From: Pachysolen tannophilus NRRL Y-2460
Taxonomy: Eukaryota
Length of the DNA: 64,000 nt
Direction of reading: 5' to 3'
NCBI GenBank assembly: GCA_001661245.1
Contig: KV454011.1
Span: 348,108 to 412,107 of the forward strand
Shown: one piece after another, positions 55,446-64,000 of the stretch
Position numbering within the stretch: the first letter of the stretch is position 1
How the letters are laid out: every line of letters starts with the position of its first letter
Program-made: the position numbers and the translations under genes
The notes under the pieces: model-generated
Told to the model about the DNA's origin: nothing
The model's database searches: none
What the model saw: only the letters and a program-made list of their open reading frames with translations

Positions 55446-57227
55446 ATGATTGTTGATTATAATAGATTACTGTTTTTATTAACAGCTTTAACGACTGTTT
55501 TTGCCTTCCCGGTTGAACAGTCAATTTTTAAGTATTTACCATTGGATAGAGAAGGTAGTGTAAACTCTCATGGTAAAAATGATGAACCAAGTGGTGAAAT
55601 TGTTACTGCACCAACTGCTGAAGAAGCTGCTTCTATTGCAAGAACATTAGTTGCAAGAGAATCGATAACCCAATTTTCTACTGTTAACCAGGAGGGAGAC
55701 TTCAAGGGTTATCCTGTTTCATTCCCAGAGTATTATGCCGATACCAACAAAGATGGTAATCCATTTTTGTTATTGGTTGATATTTCATCTGGTTTCCAAA
55801 ATTATAAACAAGGTAGTGATTTAACTCTTACTGTTAAAGTTGGTGATCATCGTTTGGGTGAACATGTTAATCCAAGGTATCCACACTCATTTGTTACTTC
55901 TACTTTAGGTTCACCAAGAGTTTTACTTAGAGGTAAATTAGTAAATGCTACTGAAAAGTACTCTGAACTGGAACTTGTTGGTGTTGCAAAGAGTTTTATT
56001 CGTAGACATCATGATGCTGCTTTATGGTTACCTGGAAACAAGGTTCATGAAACCTCATGGTGGCAATTTGAAGTTGAAAGCTTGTATTTTATTGGTGGTT
56101 TTGGTGATCGTTCATTTATTGGAGAAATTCCAGTTGAATTATATCAAAATGCTACTTTATTAAGCCATGAAGAATATAGCAAGTTTATCAGAGCTTTTGA
56201 AGGTAGGAGAGACCATGAAGAAGGTTCAAAAGGTAGCCGTCATCCATTAGGTCCTCCTCCTCCACACCACGATGATGAACATGATGATGATATTCATGAT
56301 GATGATGATGAACATTTTGAAAAAAAAGGTTTAAAATCAAAATCTAAGTCATGTGGTGGCAGTTCTTCCAAGAATGGTGCAAACTCTAAAGGTATTAATA
56401 AGAAAATGCACCATAAGAACAAGAAGGGTGGATTAAAATTTGAAATTCATAAACTTTTGGCTAAGGTAGGTTTAGTTAGTGAAAAGAAGCACCATAAAGG
56501 TGGTAGACATATGAAACAAAACCTGCACTTGAACAAGTCCCATGATGGTGAATTTGAAGAAAAAGAATTCAACGGTAAGGATTTTAAAGGTAAAGATTTC
56601 AAGGGTAAAGAAGATTTCAAAGGTAAAGAAGAATTCAAAGGTAAAGATTTCAAAGGTAAAGAAGAGTTCAAAGGTAAAGATTTCAAAGGTAAAGAAGAGT
56701 TCAAAGGTAAAGATTTCAAAGGTAAAGAAGAGTTCAAAGGTAAAGATTTCAAAGCTCACAAGGGAGGAATGAAAAAGAATCAGGATTCAAAAAAAACCGA
56801 CTCTAAAGAACATGACTTCAATGACAAGGACTTTGAACATCACAAAATGGGTTTAAAGAAACAACATCCAGTTGAGGGAAATGAAGAGTCATTTGCAAAA
56901 GATTTCAAAAAATTTGATAATAAGGGTAAGAAACTTGAAAGTGGTAAAGGTTCAGCAGCTCCAGAAGATAAACATTTTGAAAAAATTGATAAAATTTCTA
57001 AATTAGATAAGGATGTACCACCACCACCACCACCACAAAAGTTTGAAAAAGATGATAAACATTTTGAAAAATTTGAAAAAAATTTCAAGTTTGATAAAGA
57101 TGATACTAATACTCCTCCTCCATCAGCTCCAAAGTTTAAACAAGAAAAACATTTTGAAAAAGAATTTTCAAAAGAAGGTGCTGAAGAGATTGAAGAAGTA
57201 GAAACTTTAAACGAAGAGTCAAATTAG
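55446..57227 (+). CDS. Secreted/vacuolar CREG-like split-barrel (pyridoxamine-phosphate-oxidase-like) protein with long His/Asp- and Lys-rich repetitive tail
   Basis: Signal peptide; AASIARTLV, YPVSFPEYYAD, SPRV.L.G, F..RHHDAALWLPG, YFIGGFGDRSFIGEIPVELY. Confidence 0.8.
   Translation: MIVDYNRLLFLLTALTTVFAFPVEQSIFKYLPLDREGSVNSHGKNDEPSGEIVTAPTAEEAASIARTLVARESITQFSTVNQEGDFKGYPVSFPEYYADTNKDGNPFLLLVDISSGFQNYKQGSDLTLTVKVGDHRLGEHVNPRYPHSFVTSTLGSPRVLLRGKLVNATEKYSELELVGVAKSFIRRHHDAALWLPGNKVHETSWWQFEVESLYFIGGFGDRSFIGEIPVELYQNATLLSHEEYSKFIRAFEGRRDHEEGSKGSRHPLGPPPPHHDDEHDDDIHDDDDEHFEKKGLKSKSKSCGGSSSKNGANSKGINKKMHHKNKKGGLKFEIHKLLAKVGLVSEKKHHKGGRHMKQNLHLNKSHDGEFEEKEFNGKDFKGKDFKGKEDFKGKEEFKGKDFKGKEEFKGKDFKGKEEFKGKDFKGKEEFKGKDFKAHKGGMKKNQDSKKTDSKEHDFNDKDFEHHKMGLKKQHPVEGNEESFAKDFKKFDNKGKKLESGKGSAAPEDKHFEKIDKISKLDKDVPPPPPPQKFEKDDKHFEKFEKNFKFDKDDTNTPPPSAPKFKQEKHFEKEFSKEGAEEIEEVETLNEESN
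56568..56753 (+). repeat. Coding minisatellite (FKGKD/FKGKEE units; 33-nt higher-order repeat)
   Basis: Near-perfect tandem copies of TTCAAAGGTAAAGAAGAGTTCAAAGGTAAAGAT. Confidence 0.95.
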
Positions 57228-57671
57228 GTATGTGATAGGTTTTTTTTAATTAATTTTTTTTTTTAGAGGTTTTTTTAAATTGTAATTCATTTTTAAAATA
57301 TTTTTTTTATTTTGTTGTTAACGGTAAAATATTAGTAAGTAGTATATTGTATTAATCATGTCGTGTTATCAGTAACAAAAAATTATATATAATATAAATA
57401 TTTTGTTTTTTTTTTTTGTTTTTTTTGAAGAAAAAAAAAAAAAAATAAAATCTTTTAAATAAGGTAAAAATACGCGTAACAAAGGGAAAACAAGGAAAAA
57501 AAAAAAGAAAACAGATAACGCTTGTTAGCCGCCTATCGATATCAATTATATAAATACAAGATAAATTTTTCTTTGTTGAGTTTCAATAATTTTCAAATAG
57601 GTTTATTCATTAATTAATTTAATAAATAAATATTGAATTAATAAAACATAATTGTGGGAATTCTTTGAACA

Positions 57672-57932
57672 ATGAGTCCACAACCAAGGATAAACAGGCG
57701 CTATACAGCAGTTGCAGCAGCAGCAACAACTTCTACAATAGTAATATTAGGTATTGGATATTTAGTTTTACAAACATTTCCTCATTTGAAAAATTATTTA
57801 CCAAAATTTAACACTGAATTCGAAGAGGGAAACGAAGATAAGAAAGATGAAGCAAAAGAGGAGCAACAACAATTAGAACTGGAACTGGAACTGGAACTAG
57901 AACCTACACTGGAGTCGACACTGGAAAATTAA
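57672..57932 (+). CDS. Small (86 aa) single-TM protein with acidic tail, unknown function
   Basis: ATG in A-rich context; basic N-terminus, hydrophobic TIVILGIGYLVL, Glu-rich tail; more GC-rich than its flanks. Confidence 0.6.
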   Translation: MSPQPRINRRYTAVAAAATTSTIVILGIGYLVLQTFPHLKNYLPKFNTEFEEGNEDKKDEAKEEQQQLELELELELEPTLESTLEN

Positions 57933-58897
57933 ATTTGTTAGTTATATAATTTGTTAGTACAAATTTGTTAGTAATTAGGCAAGCGCGGTAGTGTATAGTA
58001 TATGAATCTCAATGCTTTTGGTAACTCAAACCCATACGACCGAAGATGTAGTTAAAAAAAAATTTAAAAAAATTTAAAAAAATTAAAAAAATTAAAAAAT
58101 TAAAAAAATTAAAAAATTTCCTCCGCACAATAAAATTTTTTTTATAGTTCAAGCAGAATTTTATGAAAGAAGTACAAAAATGAAGTCGTGCACTGCACTC
58201 TAAGTGATGACTGCATATGAAAAAGACCCGCTTTTGGTGTCCCGCACTTTGCTTTTTTTTTTTCACTTTACTGTGGTCTATTGTTACCCCCTTTAACTTT
58301 GTCCCATACTCTCTTATTCTTCTTATAATTATTTATGTCACTCATCTTAAACTGGGGGAAATCATGTACGAATATGCACGACTGTTCATTTTACTTAATA
58401 TTACAATAAGAAAAAAGAAACAAACTTTTTTTTTTTTTTTTTGCTGCAAAAGTTTAATTGAAAATCTCCTCTCAAAATACGAAATTTTCTTAGTTAAAAT
58501 CTTTTTAAATACATCCTTTATGTATGTAATCACTGGGGTTTTTGTGTATTGATCATTTAAAATGAAAAAAACAAAAAAAANAAAAAAAGGTGGAGATAAA
58601 CTATATAATTTTTTTTTAATTAAAAAGGAAATAAAGAAAATAAGTAAGTAAGTGAAGGAAAAAAAAACGTTTTACGTTTTATTTTAGATTATTCTATATT
58701 TTATTTGTTTAAAATTTTTTTGAAACAACTAATAAAAGAATTAACTATATAAATAGCTAGTTATTCTCATAATTAAATTATTTTAAGAGAAGAAGAAGAA
58801 GAAGAAGAAGAAAAAGAGAATTCTTTTTTTTTTTTAATTAAATATAAATATAAAATAAATTTTTTATAACAATAAATCAATTTTTACATATTCACAT

Positions 58898-59734
58898 ATG
58901 AGAATGAGCAATACCCATAATCACTACCACAACAATTCCGATGTTGATATCGAGAAACAGTTGAATAATTCAGAAGGGGAAGATGTTTCCACTAAAAATG
59001 CTTCTGTTTCAAGAATTATGACTTCTGGTGAGAATGATGAATATGTTCATATTGGTAATCAGAAATATTATAGAAGTGAGCTTTTACAAGCTTTTGGTGG
59101 TACTTTAATGCCAGGGCTTGCTCTGCCTTCAGTTCATAAATTTGCAAATCCTGCTCCATTAGGTTTATCTGCTTTTGCTCTTACAACCTTTGTTTTATCA
59201 TTAATAAATGCTCAAGCTATGGGTCTTGAAACTGCTAATGTTGTTGTTGGTTTAGCTATTTTTTATGGTGGTTTAATTCAATTATTAGCTGGTATGTGGG
59301 AAATGGCTGTTGAAAATACTTTTGGTGCTTTGGCACTTTCTAGTTATGGAGGTTTTTGGATGTCATTTGGAGCAATTAATATTCCATGGTTTGGAATTAG
59401 TGCTGCATATACAAATACAAGAGATTTAGAAGTTGCTCTTGGTTTTTATTTGTTAGGTTGGGCAATCTTCACTTTTATGTTGATGTTGGCTACAATGAAA
59501 TCAACAGTTGCATTTTTTTCACTTTTTGCAACTTTAGATCTTACTTTCTTATTATTAAGTGTTGGTAATTTGGCTCCCTCAGCAAACTGTACAAAAGCAG
59601 GAGGTATTGTTGGTGTAATCACTGCCTTTGTTGCTTGGTACAATGCTTATGCAGGTTTGGCAACTCATGAAAATGCTTATGTCACTGTAAAAGCTTTCCC
59701 AATTCCAGTTATTGGTGGTAAAAAGAAAAATTAA
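58898..59734 (+). CDS. ADY2: GPR1/FUN34/YaaH acetate/ammonia transporter (Ady2/Ato family)
   Basis: AFGGTL.PG, HKFANPAPLGLSAFALTT, FYGG..Q, SYGGFW. Paralogue identity is uncertain. Confidence 0.9.
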   Translation: MRMSNTHNHYHNNSDVDIEKQLNNSEGEDVSTKNASVSRIMTSGENDEYVHIGNQKYYRSELLQAFGGTLMPGLALPSVHKFANPAPLGLSAFALTTFVLSLINAQAMGLETANVVVGLAIFYGGLIQLLAGMWEMAVENTFGALALSSYGGFWMSFGAINIPWFGISAAYTNTRDLEVALGFYLLGWAIFTFMLMLATMKSTVAFFSLFATLDLTFLLLSVGNLAPSANCTKAGGIVGVITAFVAWYNAYAGLATHENAYVTVKAFPIPVIGGKKKN

Positions 59735-60334
59735 TTGAAAATCAAATTTAATATCATTTATCATTTATCATTATTTAACAACATTGTTCTCCACAGCTTT
59801 TCACTCTTATGTCTTAATTACTTATTTAAAATATTTATTTTATTTATATTATTTTTTTTCATTATTATTTATTCTAGGTCGTTCTCTTTCTTTTTAGCTT
59901 AGCTTTTACTTAATGAATACAATTTAATTTATGATTTCTTTTTTCTTAATTTTTAATTTTTATCGAATCAATTATTCGTGTGTATTCATTTATTTTAATA
60001 AAGGAATGAAAAGAAAGAAAATTAATTAATTTAATCATTTTTTACAACTATTTGTCAAATCTAATAACCATGGTAAAGGGGAAAAGAGAAAAATGGTTTT
60101 AATTCAATCATCATCTATCTCTTCCTTTCTCTTGTATAAAAGTTGAAATTGAAGATTTTAAGAGAAAATTGTGGTCGTGTTCCAAAAACAGAGAATTTTC
60201 TTTCTGCAAAAAAAAAATAAAAAAAAAAAAAAATTTTTCAGATAAAATAAAATTTTTCAAAAAAATAAATTTATACGGTATTAAAGATAGATAAATAGTT
60301 AACTAGTAGTATTTTGTTTTAATTGGTATTAAAG

Positions 60335-61144
60335 ATGGTTAAATTAGAATCTGCACCAAAGAGACAGAAGTTGGATTTATCAGGGGAAGTGGAGTTGTCT
60401 AAGAATGATAGTAAGACTAGAAATAGCAAGGATTTAAAAAGCGATGAGGAAGATGAGGAAGATGAGGAAAAATCAAATTTGGATCAAGATGATGATTTAA
60501 GCGAGAGTAAAGATGAGAGTGATGTTGCTTCTAGTCTTGGTGAGGATGAACCAGACTTGGAAGATGTGAGTTCTGATGAGAGCTTGGGTAGTGGCTCCTC
60601 CAACTCCGATTCCGATTCCGATTCTGACGATTATTCCACCAAGAAGAAATCTAAACCTAAAGGAGATGATAATTCAGAATCTTTTTCTAATGCATTTAAT
60701 GCTATAATAAATTCTAAATTAAAATCTTATAATAGAAAAGATCCAATATTGGTAAGATCAAAATCGAAATTACAAAAATTCCAAGATGAAAAATTAGAGC
60801 AAAAGGCTAAAAGACTGTTATTAGCAGAAAAAAATCTGCAATTAAATAAGGATAGAATTAAAGATATTTATCAAATAAATGCTGGTGGAAATGATGATGG
60901 TAATGATGGTGAACAAGTGAAAAAAATAATGCAAAGAGAAAAATTTTTTAAAAAAACTGCTCAACGTGGTGTTATAAGGTTATTCAATGCTATATTATTA
61001 ACTCAAACATCTACTATAAAAGAATTAGAAACTGAAGAAAAAGAAAAGGGGAAAGTAGGGAAAATTGCTGAAAAAGAATTGTTAAATGAAATATCAAAGG
61101 AAAAATTTATGGATTTAATACAGGCCGCAGGTAGGAAATCTTAA
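60335..61144 (+). CDS. RRP15: rRNA-processing protein Rrp15
   Basis: Acidic N-terminus; FSNAFNAII.SKLK.YNRKDPIL, AQRGVIRLFNAI, SKEKFMDLI. Likely ATG at 60335; RRPE-like AAAATTTTTCA upstream. Confidence 0.93.
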   Translation: MVKLESAPKRQKLDLSGEVELSKNDSKTRNSKDLKSDEEDEEDEEKSNLDQDDDLSESKDESDVASSLGEDEPDLEDVSSDESLGSGSSNSDSDSDSDDYSTKKKSKPKGDDNSESFSNAFNAIINSKLKSYNRKDPILVRSKSKLQKFQDEKLEQKAKRLLLAEKNLQLNKDRIKDIYQINAGGNDDGNDGEQVKKIMQREKFFKKTAQRGVIRLFNAILLTQTSTIKELETEEKEKGKVGKIAEKELLNEISKEKFMDLIQAAGRKS

Positions 61145-61253
61145 TCTTAATTTAAATCTAGCATTTTTTTTTTTCTATAATGAGTTTCATGAATAAATAA
61201 ATAAATAAAAATAAATAAATAAATAAAATAAATAAGTAAAAAAAAAAAAAGGT

Positions 61254-63770
61254 TTATTTTGTAGAAACAATTTTGATATTGTTATCCATCATTGAAGGTA
61301 ACTCAAAATTATTAACATTTAATTCTTTTCTTTCTAATAATCTTTTATACTGTTTAGGAAAGTATTTCCCACACCATTCAATAACTTTTTCTCTTTTTTC
61401 AGGTAATAATGTCCAATTATATAAGCTTTTCAAAATTTTATCACCTATTTCAATATCCTTATTGACTCTCCATTCTTCTGCAAGTGCCAATGCCCCATCA
61501 TATTCATCATGATAACAAAAACCAATAAGATATTGTTCATAGTTCTCCTCGTTAAGTATCAAGTAAGATCCGCCTGTTACTTCTGATAAATTATTCCAAA
61601 AAAGTTGTAAATTTCTTAAAGAAGTATATGTGTTCAGTTTCAACATCAACGTAATGGTTTCATTATTTACTCCTCTTGATTCAGGAAGAGAACATGCTTG
61701 GTCAAACACATCTCTTGTCTTGAGGAAATCTTGTAAATGACAATAACCTTCCAAGACTGAATTTAATATATTAATATTTAAATTTATAGAAATATCTGTT
61801 TTCAAATATAAATGTAATTTGAAAACACCATCCTCGTACAATTGTTTCCCAAAATTCCGAAATAAGAAACAATAAATTGTTTCATCAGGTAGTTTTAATC
61901 CATACTCTTTATTAAATTTTAACATTTGTTGGAAAATAATTAAACAAGCATTTGGTCTGTTAAGGCTCATAAATTTCTGCATCACTGGTAAAAAATGATC
62001 AAAAGAAATCCGAAATTTTTTGCATAAATAGTTATATACAACCCAATTGGTCTCTTCATTTTTATTGTATGTCAAAATCAAACTGTATAGTTGATCATAT
62101 ATCTCAGGTAAACTTGTAGAATCATACCTCATTGCATTTCTTCTTTCCTCTTCTCCTTGTAAAGTCTCAGGCAGAGATAATTCTCTTTCCAAAAGTTCTA
62201 TCCCATCACCAACATAATCGCTTTCAATTAATTTCAGTAAAAAAGCAGAAATAGCATTGTAGTCCAATCTTTGTCCAACAGATTTCAATAATTTATAATT
62301 TTTAAAAATAGTTTTAATATCATCAGTCGTATCATGACAGTAATGTGTGAAAGCCTTAAATAATACGGATAAGTACATGCCATCTTCATCTGTTGACCAA
62401 TCAATGTAATACTTTGGCCCAATGCTTTCAAGAAATAATTTCCATGCACGATTCGAATCACCTTTATTCAATTCATTATTTATCAATATTGCAAAAGACA
62501 AACAATCTTCATCTATTTTAATTTTTTCCTTGAAAAAAGATCTCAACTGAGAAATATATAAGTCTGATTTGTCACAATAAGTACAGATTAATATTAGTTT
62601 GTTGAATATTTTTTCCAAATCGGAATTCTCTAAAAGTGAATATGCTTTAATGAGTTTTTCTTTTATCAGTTCTGAAAGTTCATCACCACGCTCTTTTTTA
62701 TAAATTTCATATTGTAATAACATTTCCCATGATGATGGTAACAGTGAATTTGAGTCTATGTTTTTCCTTGCTAACAATTCAATCACACCATAAGGATCAT
62801 TATACTTAATACAGTTGGTAACAACTGTATTCACTGAATGATCTCCATAATCTTTATCTAAAAAGAATAATTTCTCCAAATTTGGGATTTTCGAAATTGT
62901 CAACATCACAAATTTACTGAGTTCTTTATCAATAGAATTCTCTGCAACAAATTTTAATATACTACTCAAGTGATAAAATTTCTCAAAAGAATTAACATTA
63001 CAAAATTCATCTATAAGTTCCACCATTTTGTGCAAATTATCAACTAAATTATCTTTATAACCATTTTCAAGTTCTTCTTCGCATGCCTCTAAGAATAATT
63101 CGATAATCTCAGTACTTTGCGCAAATTCTTTAAATCTGTAATACTGCAGTAATATTAAAATATTTTTGGAGTCTGGTGATACTGATTTAAAAGATTCCAC
63201 TGATTTCATAATGAATTTGTTGAATAACTTTGGGTCAGGGTTTTTTGCGTAAAATTCTTCAATAAGTTTAGGAAAATGAAACCTTTTGTTAGACATTAAT
63301 ACAAAACGAACCATATGTTCGTAAATCTCTAACAATTTACCATTTTCCTTTGTTGATGATACCATTCCTTTCTGATTTAAAGCCAATCTATTAAGAAACA
63401 CAGGCAAGAATTGTAATGTCCTGATGTTTTCACTATTTAAACCTTTGATTGAATCCAATATATTCAATATTTCATTGTCATTTTTGAAAAAAGTACCTAA
63501 ATCATCTCCTTTATTAATTATAGCCTCCACAGAATCATTTATCAAAGAGTAATCTTGTCCACCATTATCTCGATTCTTATTAGAGATATAAGTGTTCAAC
63601 AATTCTTTCAACTTGAATTTTTTGTCATTGGACAAATTATCAGTTCTGCATAGTCTCCTGATTTCAAGAACAGTATCATCATTATTTAAAGAAGAGTAAA
63701 ATTTCAAATCGAAGTTCCTAATCAATACCCATCGCAAAGGTCTAATGAATTGGCATGATCGTAACATCAT
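61254..63770 (-). CDS. Mitochondrial pentatricopeptide-repeat-like protein (possibly a Sov1-like translational activator)
   Basis: Mitochondrial presequence; PPR-like repeats (PDETIYCFLF, NINILNSVLEGYC, NEENYEQYLIGFC). Confidence 0.65.
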   Translation of the reverse strand: MMLRSCQFIRPLRWVLIRNFDLKFYSSLNNDDTVLEIRRLCRTDNLSNDKKFKLKELLNTYISNKNRDNGGQDYSLINDSVEAIINKGDDLGTFFKNDNEILNILDSIKGLNSENIRTLQFLPVFLNRLALNQKGMVSSTKENGKLLEIYEHMVRFVLMSNKRFHFPKLIEEFYAKNPDPKLFNKFIMKSVESFKSVSPDSKNILILLQYYRFKEFAQSTEIIELFLEACEEELENGYKDNLVDNLHKMVELIDEFCNVNSFEKFYHLSSILKFVAENSIDKELSKFVMLTISKIPNLEKLFFLDKDYGDHSVNTVVTNCIKYNDPYGVIELLARKNIDSNSLLPSSWEMLLQYEIYKKERGDELSELIKEKLIKAYSLLENSDLEKIFNKLILICTYCDKSDLYISQLRSFFKEKIKIDEDCLSFAILINNELNKGDSNRAWKLFLESIGPKYYIDWSTDEDGMYLSVLFKAFTHYCHDTTDDIKTIFKNYKLLKSVGQRLDYNAISAFLLKLIESDYVGDGIELLERELSLPETLQGEEERRNAMRYDSTSLPEIYDQLYSLILTYNKNEETNWVVYNYLCKKFRISFDHFLPVMQKFMSLNRPNACLIIFQQMLKFNKEYGLKLPDETIYCFLFRNFGKQLYEDGVFKLHLYLKTDISINLNINILNSVLEGYCHLQDFLKTRDVFDQACSLPESRGVNNETITLMLKLNTYTSLRNLQLFWNNLSEVTGGSYLILNEENYEQYLIGFCYHDEYDGALALAEEWRVNKDIEIGDKILKSLYNWTLLPEKREKVIEWCGKYFPKQYKRLLERKELNVNNFELPSMMDNNIKIVSTK

Positions 63771-63821
63771 CGCCTTCGTTCTTAATTTATATTCATTACT
63801 TCTTTGTAAAATAGAGGGCGA

Positions 63822-63855
<34 letters not shown>

Positions 63856-64000
63856 TATTATTATGCGTAAATAAATACTTACATTAAAAAGTTAACATTT
63901 TGACATAGTAAAATTATACGCAAAAAAATAATAGTATTGAAAATATATACGGATTGCCCTTTATCTTTTGGCAATTTTTGTTGGTTGTTTTATAATTCTA

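Noticed and set aside
56568..56753. CRISPR-like or mobile-element repeat
   Set aside because: In-frame coding tandem repeat with no unique spacers, in a eukaryotic gene.
58053..58119. Phased A-tract repeat (AAAAAATT)n upstream of ADY2
   Set aside because: Low-complexity slippage typical of this AT-rich genome; no evidence of a specific function.

Overview
AT-rich budding-yeast (Saccharomycotina) chromosomal DNA containing about 27 protein-coding genes, one tRNA-Cys gene and a 620-nt assembly gap; no transposons are recognisable. Recognisable genes include HOM2, MINDY/MIY1, IZH/PAQR, MON1, BIT61, an RNase III, DBP8, SDA1, SPC97, MTG2, VPS27, an aldo-keto reductase, ELC1, VPS16, ORC5, an LCCL protein, TUB1, a PP1 glycogen-targeting subunit, UTP20, NHP10, an Nbr1/Atg19-like receptor, MDP1, a CREG-like protein, ADY2/ATO, RRP15 and a PPR protein. 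Two signals stand out. (1) CTG codons fall at positions where homologues have alanine, pointing to the CUG=Ala code (Pachysolen-type clade); the supplied translations therefore misread CTG as Leu. (2) A precise 190-bp inversion (4488-4677) has swapped the C-terminal coding ends of the convergent IZH and MON1 genes; re-inverting it restores both reading frames with no base gained or lost. Also notable are a divergent but catalytically complete Dicer/Rnt1-type RNase III, four introns missed by the ORF track (one in ELC1 with a terminal micro-exon and a potential branch-point-masking helix), and several lineage-specific proteins. Gene identities come from recalled family motifs; no database search was run.
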